A stretch of 64,000 nt of DNA from Octopus sinensis (lineage: Eukaryota). Each line of letters opens with the position of its first letter. The stretch's first letter is position 1. Made by a program: the position numbers and the translations under genes. A model generated the notes under the pieces. It had not been told where the DNA came from. It worked only from the letters and a program-made list of their open reading frames with translations, and did no database searches. The stretch is taken from assembly GCF_006345805.1 (NCBI RefSeq), contig NC_043000.1, positions 63,488,001-63,552,000 of the forward strand, read 5' to 3'. Positions 38,602 to 50,857 of this stretch are shown one piece after another.

Positions 38602-41382
38602 TATATAAAAATTAGTCGAAGAGTGGAAGTAAAGATTCAGTGATAAATATACGGAGAACACTAAAATGGTGAGAATTTCCAACTGCCAGTCAAGTGAGAA
38701 AAATAATTATATAAAATTATTCATAATTAGTAATTATACATATATACGCACAGTACATAAGCGATTTTATCAATTGTTTTATACAACAGATTTTGGCTAA
38801 AACACATCCCAGCACTGGTCAGAAGGGCTGGTAGGAAGAATATAACAACGGTTCTTTTACATTTGAAGTCAAGAAGTGTCACATCTGGTCTGTGAATGTT
38901 GTGGAAAACCGGAACGAAAAAAGCAGTGGGAGAAGTTCACCAATTTTAGGTCTGACGGAGCCCAAACCACTGTAGATCTAAACATAGCAGATTTCTCAAA
39001 GGGAAAGAGAAACATAGACAGAGACAGAGATAGGGGGAGAAGTGGGGAGAGACAGGGAGACGGTAAAAAAGCGAATGAAAAAGAAGAATCAACTGCTTTA
39101 GAAGACTGGTACTTTATTTTTCGATCTCGAAAGAATGGAGGGCAAAGTTGACCTCGATGGTATTTGAGCTCAGAGTGTACAAAGCCAGAACGAATGCCGC
39201 AAAGAAGTTTATTCGTCGCTATAATTACTCGGCAAATATGCTACCTTCTTGTCATGTATGCAAATGTATCCTTCTACACTCCATTAGTTGTTTATAACAT
39301 CATCCAAAAATGCTTTTTTTTTGTCTTCTGCGACGTAAACATTGCACTGTTATATAGTGCTACGTTGTCTCCTTTCACTTTTCATCTTAGTTTACCAGTG
39401 TTTTATTTTACAATAAATAGGCTTATCCTTTTCATTGTTCTGAGCTAGTAGCTAATTTTCATCATACATCCCATATAGTTTCCTTTTCTGCATCCCAGTC
39501 GCCAAAAATGTTTAACGAGCTTTGTGTCTTGTTTGCATTGTATCAATTGGCTAACAACCTAAGAAATGGTTATTGATGCACTGATGACGTGGTCAGCTGA
39601 TTGGCCGATGTTAATGTCTCGTCAAAGATTTAGGAAAAGAGAACATCTATAGAGAAGTAACAGAGAAATTTACACCTCTTACATCTAGGCTATAGACGAT
39701 CATTTGTACCGGGATTGTGTTATAGGAACACTGGATCGTGTAACAAGAGATTTGCATAAACGCCTAAAAATGCAGGGATTCTTCAGGAAAGAACAAAGCA
39801 AGCTGATTCGCTTTCTTCAAATATAATCGATAAATGGTACCGTGAAAATTTGCAAAAGATACCAGAGATTGTATATTTGAGGTTCCAGAGTGAACACATG
39901 CACACAATAACATGTAGTTATGGATTACACACACAGAGAAACACATACATAAACAGTAATTAAGCACACACATTTGTGTACTAAAGTGACATGCACACCC
40001 ACAACATGTGCTCAAGTTTCTCCACACACACACATACACCGACACATTCACGCATACGTACACATATACATAGCGACAGATTTCGATTTGTACTTATTTA
40101 ATACAGGTGCATTATGCTGTATACTTGGAATACAGGTTTTTCAAGAAAGAATAAAGCTGACTTTCTTCCTTCAAATCCAACGGATTAGTGACACAATGAA
40201 TATTTATAAAACATTCCAAAGATTCTCCATTTGAGTGTCTTGGAAAACACGCATGCACACCTCTTTGTATGTGGCAAATATTGACATAACAAATAATGAA
40301 ACATAGACATAACAAAACATAGACATAACGAAGAAAACGTACATCGTGAACATATGCATACCTATTATATCAATGCAAGATATACGCACACCCTATCTCC
40401 TATATTCACAAACCACTGTAACTGTTTGGTTCAAAAATCAACAATAAAACTTCAAGACTTTATGAGTGGTCGGCTTGAACTCTGCAAAGAACTTCAATAA
40501 AGCATAACAAAAACTTTTCCTGCATACACAAACACAATAATCGACGGGATTGTGTATTTATTCTTTAACAGTTATATCGTTGACATTTCTATTATAGGTC
40601 AAATATTTGATAGATTACATGGAAACTTTGCGCTCTGGGAACAATGCTAAAAATATTCTAATTAAATAGGGGTAGTTTTGGTGAAGCAGTGTATGAAATT
40701 GTATTTTCTTTTCTTTTAATTCAGACTGTCAACTTTATCCCGGACACCCTACATATGCTCAGATCTGTGAGCAACGACCTTTTCCCGTCCCTCGCTTTTC
40801 CTCATGTCCTGAGGAAGAGATCATAGCCCCGAACTATAATAATATAGCGTAAAACTACAAAACTACAGCCTTGTTTTGTTTTCTTACATTTTTGCAGTTA
40901 TTTTATCTCTTCTCACATTATTTTGGCCTTATACAAGACTCTTTAAGGAAAAATTCTAATAGAAACGTATTTCGGTTTTCTGCAGGCGATATTTAAATAT
41001 GCATATTTCTGTGTGTGTGTATGTGTGTGTGTGTGTTTGTTTGTGTGTATATGCATTTATGTGTATGTGTGTATGTATGTATGTATGTTAATATATATAT
41101 ATATATATTCTATATATATATATATAATTTCAACAATTGAGGGTAAAATTAATAATTAATCAATTTCACCAAGTATTCAGTATGCAAAGGGACCATTTAA
41201 GGCAAATTCAAATTATTACATTATATAAAAGGGCTTAGTAAAATAAATTACTTTGCCGCATACTGAACTCATTAGAAATAGCAGCTAAAAAAAACTTTTT
41301 TAAAGCAGATCTTCAGAAGCGATAAGAAGCCGAAAGGGTATGCTCCCACTTTCAGTGTTTTCAAATCCAAACCAGGGAGTTC

Positions 41383-41435
41383 TGAGCTGATGATAGAAAT
41401 GTCGAGTTTGACTAATCTTGAAACGTACGTTCTCA
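41383..41435 (+). ncRNA. type I hammerhead ribozyme, copy 1
   Basis: UGAG-CUGAUGA-UAGAAAUGUC[GAGUUU]GACUAAUCUU-GAAAC[GUAC]GUU/CUCA; palindromic stem III ACGUACGU; stem II imperfect (U.U at its base). Confidence 0.65.
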
Positions 41436-41934
41436 AATAACCTTTGCACTTGATTTTTTAATGTCTCTACCCCCATATTTTCGTGAGTTGAATTGAGCAA
41501 ACACTATATGAGAGGGTTTTCTTTAAGTATTAGAATAGTTTTAAAAAAGTTTTTTTTAGCTGCTATTTCTAATGAGTTCAGTATGCGGCAAGTAATTTAT
41601 TTTACTAGCCCTTTTATATAATGTAATAATTTGAATTCGCCTTAAATGGTCCCTTTGCATACTGAATACTTGTGAAATTGATTAATTAATTAATTTTACC
41701 CTCAATTGTTGAAATTATAATTCATCTTTCTCTATATAATGCCTCGGATTTTACCGAAAAAGCATAGTGTTTACTGATTTTAACCCACGCTGGTGGAAAG
41801 GGGAGAGCAGAAATTCTTCGCTTGCATTTTTGAGTTTTTTGGCACTGTTAGTTACGAGCAGATCTTCAGAAGCGATAAGAAGCCGAAAGGGTATGCTCCC
41901 ACTTTCAGTGTTTTCAAATCCAAACCAGGAGTTC

Positions 41935-41987
41935 TGAGCTGATGATAGAAATGTCGAGTTTGACTAATCTTGAAACGTACGTTCTCA
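41935..41987 (+). ncRNA. type I hammerhead ribozyme, copy 2
   Basis: Identical to 41383-41435; predicted cuts after 41431 and 41983, 552 nt apart. Confidence 0.65.
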
Positions 41988-42169
41988 AATAACCTTTGCA
42001 CTTGATTTTTTAATGTCTCTACCCCCATATTTTCGTGAGTTGAATTGAGCAAACACTATATGAGAGAGGTTTTCTTTAAGTATTAGAAATAGTTTTAAAA
42101 AAGTTTTTTTAGCTGCTATTTCTAATGAGTTCAGTATGCGGCAAAGTAATTTATTTTACTAAGCCCTTT

Positions 42170-42260
<91 letters not shown>

Positions 42261-42299
42261 ATATATGTATGTATGTATGTTTGTATGTTATGTATGTAT

Positions 42300-43210
42300 G
42301 TATAATCACCCTTCACATGGGATTACAATCGTGAAAATTAGGTAGCTGGAAATTTGGGTTGGTAATGTCATAGAAATTCTCCGATAACCACTTCTGACTC
42401 CGGAGGTATGACATAGAGCCGAAGTTTGCGCCCACACATATGGCTTTCCAGCAGCAATTCACTCAAGCCAGGAATTGAGCAGTTTCCCTCCACAAAATTG
42501 CAGAAGAATTGGCACTACCAGACGAGACGAGGTTGAAAGTTGTTGTGGAAGGAAGACCTCCCCTATACTATCTATGTAGAGTAAGGGGACACATGAAAGC
42601 TTGGTGTCCCCAGAAACACGAAGAGGAGGAGATAGAGAGGGAACATCAAGAAAAAGAGGGTTTAACCGTAGAGGAGGAAAAAAATGGAAGAACAGTATAT
42701 AGTGGTAAAGAGGAAGAAAAGTAACACAGACTCACCACCAAAGAGTCCTAGGAAGAAAAGAAAGGCAAGAGGAGAGGAGACGCAGAATGGAAAACATGAA
42801 AAAACGAACGGGCAGAGAAAAAATGAAAGGTCAACAACTGTGAGAAGCGAACGCAGAGACCGGTACCATCATCTAGCAAGGAGGAGAGAGTACAGAAGAA
42901 AATGGAAAATGAAAGAGAGAATGAGAGACATACAGAGATAGGAATACCAGTAACAGAAGAAGAGATTGGTGAAAGATAACAGAGAGTGACACCAAAAGGG
43001 AAAAGAGAAAAAGAACAATGGTACAATACACAAAAAGTGTAGAGACAGAAAAAAAGATTGCAAAGATGAAGAACGTAATTAGGATTAAATTGGCGCCCAT
43101 AGAGTACAATGAAGGGACGATAGCTATTCTGCTGGAAAAAGAAAGAGGAGAAAGATTGAAGAAGTTGTTTGGGGAAAGGATAGATTTGACAATGGTACAG
43201 TTTCGTTAAG
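42300..43210 (+). pseudogene. non-LTR retrotransposon ORF1 (gag-like zinc knuckle) remnant, L1/Tx1-like
   Basis: LPDETRLKVVVEGRPPLYYLCRVRGHMKAWCP (CCHC knuckle with the first C changed to Y), followed by K/E-rich low-complexity coding-like sequence. Confidence 0.55.
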
Positions 43211-43502
43211 ATGAGTTGCCGCCGGTGGTGTCTTTCGAAGTCATGAAGTCGGCATTTTGACACCCAGGGTGAAGTAACTCTTTTCCAATATTCACATGTT
43301 TTCCAATCCTCTATGTCAGCTAACTTTTTCTCTACTGCGACTATAATATTTAGGCTCGCCAACACCGTTGACTGTTCACCAATACATCAAACTGTTCTAG
43401 AGAAGAAATAAACAAAAAAATCGTCAAATTTAGCCTGAACGCCTTGTATATACAGAGACACAGCAAGAGAGAAAGAGAGAACGAAGAAGACAGACAGACA
43501 GA

Positions 43503-43630
<128 letters not shown>

Positions 43631-44420
43631 AAGAGAGGAGGAGAGAGAAAGAGAGAGAGAATCAAGTACAACATAGAATACCACGTAGATCGTTATACTG
43701 ATAATCAACCTGTGTATCTGTGTTAATGTAATGCATAAAGATTATTGTTGTTGTTCTTGTTGTTGCTAATGATGATGATAACTTTTATGCTACTGCTTCT
43801 GCTGATAATGATGATTAGCAACCTGTAAGCCCTTTTCAAGGAGACTTGTGACCAAAAGCAGGATAAAAGCTGTGACCAACCCGCATACAAGGGCTATTTA
43901 AGAATACTTTATCCAGTGCTTCTTTCCCATTTTAAGACGGAAGATTGTGATTTCAGAGAGATTGGACTGCTATTTCTAGCTTGTCGAACGATCACATAGA
44001 GATTTCTTTGATTGGCTTGGGATTTGTAAAAATGAATCCTGCTGTGATGTTACCTATTATTTATAGCTTCCTGTGTATATAAGAAAAGAGATATAGAAAT
44101 CATTAACTGAACATTGAACTGCATAGAGTTTCATTTCCATTTTACACCAACGCACCCTCGAATAAACGTGATAATTCGAAAAAATGCTAGCCTTTATATA
44201 TTCTGGCAAGTAAAATCATGACAGCTGTTTCTTACGGTTTCCTCATACCTACATACATACATACATAGATACATACCTACCGACCGACCGACCTACCTAC
44301 CTACCTACCTACATACATACATTCATACATACATATATACATACATACATACATACATACATACATACATACATACATACATACATACATACATACATAC
44401 ATGTTACATTCACGATCGCT

Positions 44421-44645
44421 AAGACGGTGAGCTGGCAGAACCCTTAGCACGCTGGGCGAAATGCTTAGTGGTATTTCGTCTGCCGTTACGTTCTGGATTC
44501 AAATTCCGCCAAGGTCGACTTTCGGGGTCGATCAAATAAGTACCAGTTACGCACTGGGGTCGATATAATTGACTTAATCCGTTTGTCTGTCCTTGTTTAT
44601 CCTCTTTGTGTTTAGCCCCTTGTGGGTAGTAAAGAAATAGGTATT
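44421..44645 (+). mobile_element. tRNA-derived SINE, family A (a family B-like fragment follows to ~44880)
   Basis: GACGGTGAGCTGGCAGAA...GGATTCAAATTCCGCC...GGGGTCGATCAAATAAGTACCAGTTACGCACTGGGGTCGAT. Confidence 0.85.
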
Positions 44646-44959
44646 GTGGTTTCAAATACCCAGATCGACTGTGCGTTGTGCCCTTCAGCAAAACACTTCA
44701 TTTCACATCGCTCAAATCTGCTCAGCGCTAAATGGATAACCCTGCAACAGACTGACTTTCCGTTCAGGAGGAATATTGGTCTACCCGACTAACTAGTGGG
44801 GTGGCATCATTCGAAAACTAACACAATGTAAAGTGCATTATGACCAGCGATGTATAACAATATTCTCTTGCAGTTGGTAATAATATATTTGATGTTTTCA
44901 GTTTTGGTTTTGCACAAACTGTATTTGGGGGGGGGCGCACGTATATGTGTGCGTGCGTG

Positions 44960-45400
44960 TGTGCGTGATGTTATTCTTGGAGATGGTCATATTTTGCCAA
45001 TTTTACCAATTAAACACACGCACCATATATCTGATCTTCATTTCAGCTATATTTTTATTATTATTCTAGTTCCTTTGTGAAAAAGGTCTTTTGTTACACA
45101 TCCTGTTACCTTATTAGAGACTCTCTAGCCTCTGTGTCTCCTCTTTTACTGCTTATTCCATTTTAGGAAAATGAAATAAACAGAACAAGAGGAAACAGGC
45201 GGGACAGAGTGTCGCTAAAGGGGTCACAGGATGCCTGACGAAAGAGCTTTGACGAAGAAACTAAAAGAATAATAATAATGAAACGTAAGTGAAGCCCCAA
45301 TATATTGTGCGTGTGTTTAATTGGCAAGATTGGCAAAGTATGACCAGCACCCAAGTATAACAATACTTATTTCCACACACGATTTCATATCAAGAATCAT
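44960..45400. mobile_element. old inverted pair of the 21.5-22.3 kb HHR family
   Basis: Both arms share GTGCGTGTGTTT.ATTGG...GGCAAA.TGACCA and a decayed GGTCACAGGA..TGACGAAAG; tail-to-tail orientation. Confidence 0.7.
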
Positions 45401-45513
45401 GCAAAATGCATAATTTTGTGTGTGTGTGTGTGTGTGTGTGTGCGTGCGTGTGCGTGCGTGTGCATGTGTGTGTGTGTGTGTGTGCGTGCGTGTGCATGTG
45501 TGTGTGTGTGTGT

Positions 45514-45544
<31 letters not shown>

Positions 45545-45558
45545 TGTGTGTGTGTGAA

Positions 45559-46750
45559 AAGGGTGCATAAGGTATTTGAGGACAAACCATTTTTGGGTCA
45601 TTGCTGCATTTTTTGCTAACTCTGTATAATCTTTGTTTCAGAAAATAATAATGGTAGACCCTAATAAAGGCTGAGCATAGCAATTTAGAGATATCTCAAT
45701 TTTTAAAAGTTGCCAGATCTTTCGTGTACAAAGTTTGTAAGGAGCTAGAGACTGAAGAGGGAAAGGTATCACCAGTATCAAAGCATAAAAAAAGCATTCT
45801 AAAGGCTCTAAAATTAGAACACCTGAATTTATTCAGCAAGTTCGACAGACCATTGATTAAAAATCCCAGAAAGTCCATGGGGTCAATTGCAAGAGTTCTC
45901 CATGTGTCAGAAGAAACAGTCAGAAATGTTGTCCACGAAGACATCAGATATAAGTTTCATATAATGATGAAAGGTCAATTTGTCAGAAAAAACAAAAGAA
46001 AATCACTACAAAAAAGGTCTAAATGGCTCTTAAACAAACGGAAAAATCCAGCAGAAAAACTTCGACTAAGATCAAAAAGTTAACAGAAGAAATGACACAT
46101 GGTTATATGCAGACCCTTCTGAAGTTCCAAGTGTTATGCATACAAAATTTCCTTCAACTGTTATGGTTTAAGGAGTTGTCAGCAATGAAGGACATGTGAT
46201 GCATCCTTACTTCTTTCCACAAGGCCTTAGAGTTAACTCTGCCGCCTACATTGAGGTCCTGGAAATAACTGTTAAGCTCTGGATAGGCAGTGTATGCAAT
46301 GGAAGGCCATATGTGTTTCACTAAGACTCTGCACTATCACACATGGCCCTAGTAACACAGAAATGGATGGCTGAAAATTTTCAATATCACATAACTCCTC
46401 ATATTTGGCCTCTTAATTCCCCAGATCTCAATCCATTGGACTATTACAAGTGGAGCTTTGTTGAGAGAGAGGTCAATGAACACACCTATAACACCAAAGA
46501 TTCTTTGAAAGCTGGCATAGTCAGAGTGATGTCCAAAATGAACCAGGACCACTTGATTTGAGCATGTAGATGATTTAGATGTCATATAGAATCAGTTGTA
46601 GAAGTTGAAGGTGGCTTTATTGAATAACATTCTAGAAAAGAAGGTTTATCTTCATCCTCATAGCATTTTTTGATAAATAAAGTTATCTGTTATTATATAT
46701 CTGTTTATTTTATAAACATAAATCTGTCCTCAAATATCTTACGCACCCTT
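45559..46750 (+). mobile_element. maT (D,D37D) Tc1/mariner element, inactivated
   Basis: 26-bp TIRs AAGGGTGC(A/G)TAAG(G/A)TATTTGAGGACA; SIARVLHVSEETVRNVVHEDIRYK; FH*DSALSH...WPLNSPDLNPLDYY with 37 residues between the last two D. Confidence 0.92.
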
Positions 46751-46803
<53 letters not shown>

Positions 46804-47414
46804 CATAGAATTGAGCTTCTGACACAACGATGGCAACAGGCAAATAGAATATTACGGAGGATATTCAGATAAATAAACGTATGTAATTTCGTATGTAATT
46901 TGCTTGAACTATTAATTAAAGCTTGAAATACGAAAAAATAGATAAATAAATAACTTAATCTGATATACATGTATATTCATGAACACTTATATATATGAGA
47001 AAGGTTTAGTGCATTGCTATATGTAAGATGAGAAGTAAGGATAATTTACTAGGATTTCTGAGTAAATATATTTCAATTCTTCAAGTTGGAAGTTTAATTA
47101 ATGCGAAAAGTAGAAACTCTACGGTTCTCCCCTTTCAACAAACATTAGAAACATATGTAGGCTACATAGTGGTCGTAGTGGTTGCTGTGGAATACATATA
47201 ATTTTAAAATGCTGTTGTTACATAGTGGAAGGGTCATGGCCAAACTCTGAGCAAAGAAAATCTCAAATCTCAAAATGGCTCAAATTAGGAGCATAAAAGA
47301 GGTGTCAGAAATAATTATCTTCTGCAGGGAGCTACTGAAGAGAATAAAAAAAAACTGTTGATTCAACTCTTCGCTTAGAAAAGGGTATTATATATACACG
47401 TGTGCGGGGTGGTG

Positions 47415-47445
<31 letters not shown>

Positions 47446-47520
47446 CATAGACATACATATGTACACACAGACACACAACACTCTCACATACACATACGCA
47501 CAGACATACATAAATATATA

Positions 47521-47716
47521 CAAAGTCTGCCAAAAGAATGTATACACACTTTAGGAAAGGAAAAATCTGTATGAATATTTTTATTCAGTGTTATTGCAAT
47601 TGGATAAAAAAAATATCGGAAGAGGCAGTTATACTTATAGGGGTACGTATAAAAGTTAAACATTTATACAGATTTTTCCTTTCTTTAACTATGCATACAT
47701 TTTTTGCCGGGTCCTG
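47521..47716. mobile_element. Tc1/mariner-type MITE (~196 bp)
   Basis: Imperfect ~55-bp terminal inverted repeats sharing AATGTAT.CA.A.TT.A.GAAAGGAAAAATCTGTAT.AAT; TA-rich flanks. Confidence 0.6.
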
Positions 47717-47853
47717 TTATATGTTGTATTGTGTATTAATAATATATATATATACATATATATATCTATATATATATATATAATATATACATATATATAT
47801 ATATATACATATATACATATATATATATATACATATATAATATATATATATAC

Positions 47854-47915
<62 letters not shown>

Positions 47916-48167
47916 TATTAATATATATAATATATATATATAATTAATCAATATAGGGTGGCAAAAAAATTTTGTAGAATTTTTTTGCCACCAGCGGCCT
48001 AGTGGGAAAAAATTAAATAGTCAAAGACCATTTTTAAGTTCAACATCAACAATCAAGGAACGGCCATAATAGGCCATTAACCCACTAGAAATAACAGCCA
48101 AAGCTTCAACCGCAAATAAAAATTAATTCCGTAAACCAGGAGAAAATTTAAAAACATTTACCCTGTA

Positions 48168-48274
48168 ATTTCTTATACGATGCACCGTTTCATCTGCTGT
48201 TTAATGGTAAACTAACCTGATTAAATTAAATCAAGCCAATCTTCCATAGGCCCTCAGATTCTTCAGTAAGAAAT
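48168..48274 (-). ncRNA. type I hammerhead ribozyme with extended stem II (intact)
   Basis: Reverse complement of the 48977-49082 motif; core intact. Confidence 0.8.
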
Positions 48275-48976
48275 AGCCCAAGTCGGAACAGATATTTTCA
48301 CGAGGCATTTCCGACCCTGCCAAGGTAATATCTGACCTAAAATTTTCAAATCATCGCACTCGCGCCAAATTTATCGGCAGCAAATAAATATATGCCGTCG
48401 ATTCCATTACGGAATTAACCAGAAAATTCATAATTAATCAATATAGTGGCAAAAAAAATTTTGTAGATTTTTTTGCCACCAGCGGCCTAGTGGGAAAAAA
48501 TTAAATAGTCAAAGACCATTTTTAAGTTCAACATCAACAATCAAGGACGGCCATAATAGGCCATTCACCCACTAGAAATAACAGCAAAGAAATTACAGGG
48601 TAAATGTTTTTTTAATTTTCTCCTGGTTTACGGAATTAATTTTTATTTGCGGTTGAAGCTTTGGCTGTTATTTCTAGTGGGTGAATGGCCTATTATGGCC
48701 GTTCCTTGATTGTTGATGTTGAACTTAAAAATGGTCTTTGACTATTTAATTTTTCCCACTAGGCCGCTGGTGGCAAAAAAATTCTACAAAATTTTTTTGC
48801 CACCCTATATTGATTAATTATGAATTTTCTGGTTAATTCCGTAATGGAATCGACGGCTTATATTTATTTGCTGCCGATAAATTTGGCGCGAGTGCGATGA
48901 TTTGAAAATTTTAGGTCAGATATTACCTTGGCAGGGTCGGAAATGCCTCGTGAAAATATCTGTTCCGACTTGGGCT

Positions 48977-49082
48977 ATTTCTTACTGAAGAATCTGAGGG
49001 CCTATGGAAGATTGGCTTGATTTAATTTAATCAGTTAGTTTACCATTAAACAGCAGATGAAACGGTGCATCGTATAAGAAAT
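48977..49082 (+). ncRNA. type I hammerhead ribozyme with extended stem II (intact)
   Basis: 8-bp stem I AUUUCUUA/UAAGAAAU; CUGAAGA; 5-bp stem II AUCUG/CAGAU enclosing ~57 nt; GAAAC-G[GUGCAU]C-GUA; predicted cut after 49074. Confidence 0.8.
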
Positions 49083-49468
49083 TACAGGGTAAATGTTTTT
49101 TAAATTTTCTCCTGGTTTACGGAATTAATTTTTATTTGCGGTTGAAGCTTTGGCTGTTATTTCTAGTGGGTGAATGGCCTATTATGGCCGTTCCTTGATT
49201 GTTGATGTTGAACTTAAAAATGGTCTTTGACTATTTAATATTTTCCCACTAGGCCGCTGGTGGCAAAAAAATTCTACAAAATTTTTTTTTGGCACCCTAT
49301 ATTGATTAATTATGAATTTTCTGGTTAATTCCGTAATGGAATCGACGGCTTATATTTATTTGCTGCCGATAAATTTGGCGCGAGTGCGATGATTTGAAAA
49401 TTTTAGGTCAGATATTACCTTGGCAGGGTCGGAAATGCCTCGTGAAAATATCTGTTCCGACTTGGGCT

Positions 49469-49573
49469 ATTTCTTACTGAAGAATCTGAGGGCCTATGAA
49501 GATTGGCTTGATTTAATTTAATCAGGTTAGTTTACCATTAAACAGCAGATAAACGGTGCATCGTATCAGAAAT
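49469..49573 (+). ncRNA. hammerhead copy with broken core
   Basis: G12 is missing (CAGATAAAC) and stem I has a mismatch (TCAGAAAT); this may be a sequencing error. Confidence 0.5.
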
Positions 49574-50249
49574 TACAGGGTAAATGTTTTTTAAATTTTC
49601 TCCTGGTTTACGGATTAATTTTTATTTGCGGTTGAAGCTTTGGCTGTTATTTCTAGTGGGTGAATGGCCTATTATGGCCGTTCCTTGATTGTTGATATAT
49701 ATATATATATAATATATATATATATATATTATATATATATATACATACATACATTACATATATACATACACACACATATATATAGTTAAAATGGCGCACT
49801 GTATACACTGCAACATTTATATTGGACTGGACACCTAGTTTGCGTGAATGATCAGATTATCCCTAAGTAGATGCCATATGGTGAACTTCTTTGTGGAAAA
49901 GCAAATCTACGATTTAAGAATTGTGTAAAGTTCTCGTTGAATGTATGTGAAATATGGAAGGTCAATTGGGAAGGTAATGCTTGTCAATACCACCAATGGA
50001 CGAAACAAGTAAAAGAAGGAGTGAGTACTTTCGAGAAAACATGCATTTTTCATGCAGAATTTAAGTGAGCTGCAGGAAAACACAGCATCAGTGTAGTCAA
50101 TGACGAAAGCTTGGTCGGCAATATTAGTGAATATGTATGTTTATCAAGAGCTGGAAATGTAATTTTGTTTGACTGCACAATGTTCTTCATGTTCAGTGAT
50201 GGTCTTACACACACATCACGCACACTCACACACACATACATATACTATT

Positions 50250-50484
50250 CTTTTACTCTTTTACTCTTTTACTTGTTTCAGTCATTTGACTGCGGCCATT
50301 ATGGAGCACCGCCTTTAATCGAGCAACTCGACCCCGGGACTTATTCTTTTTCTAAGCTCAGTACTTATTCTATCGGTCTCTTTTGCCGAACCGCTAAGTA
50401 ACGGGGACATAAACACACACAGCATCGGTTGTCAAGCAATGCTAGGGGGACAAACACAGACACACAAACACACACACGCATATA

Positions 50485-50536
<52 letters not shown>

Positions 50537-50570
50537 CGACGGGCTTCTTTCAGCTTCCGTCTACAAATCC
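50250..50570 (+). mobile_element. abundant SINE-like repeat (TCATTTGACTGCGGCCAT...GGAGCACCGCC family)
   Basis: (TTTTAC)n leader, CTCTTTTGCCGAACCGCTAAGT core, internal (CA)n/(TA)n; a related minus-strand copy lies at ~62535-62650. Confidence 0.7.
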
Positions 50571-50635
50571 ATATATATATATGAAAAAACAAGTCAAAAA
50601 TAGAAAATGCTAAATTAATTTTATAGTGAGCATTT

Positions 50636-50673
50636 CAGTACCGGTTTCGGTCATTTTGAGACCTTTTCAACTG
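50636..50673 (-). ncRNA. minimal type I hammerhead with U3-A8 core
   Basis: Inverted twin of 50820-50857. Confidence 0.65.
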
Positions 50674-50819
50674 TAACGATTAAATAATTAATTTGCACAA
50701 GTGCAAACAAGGGAGTCAGAGAAAGGCAGAATGCTACTTATATCTGAACACTACTATAGAAATATTCCTTTAAAAAAACTTTTCTTCTAATTTTTCTAAA
50801 TTTAATTATTTAATCGTTA

Positions 50820-50857
50820 CAGTTGAAAAGGTCTCAAAATGACCGAAACCGGTACTG
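50820..50857 (+). ncRNA. minimal type I hammerhead with U3-A8 core
   Basis: CAG-UUGAAAA-GGUC[UCAAAAU]GACC-GAAAC[CG]GUA/CUG; palindromic stem III ACCGGU; predicted cut after 50854. Confidence 0.65.

Larger units (their letters stand above)
41123..42172. mobile_element. HHR-bearing array in (TA)n: 182-bp inverted arm plus ~1.6 x 552-bp tandem unit
   Basis: 41123-41304 is the reverse complement of ~41539-41719; 41305-41620 is repeated at 41858-42172. Confidence 0.9.
47941..49696. mobile_element. HHR-bearing array in (TA)n: ~1.3 units inverted (47941-48589) plus ~2.3 units direct (48587-49696); unit ~490 bp
   Basis: ATTCTACAAA at 48781 and 49271; reverse-complement units start at 47941 and 48431; (TA)n on both sides. 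Confidence 0.92.

Noticed and set aside
40780-40980. HHR-like CTGAGGA...CCCCGAAC
   Set aside because: Stem II does not pair and GAAA is incomplete.
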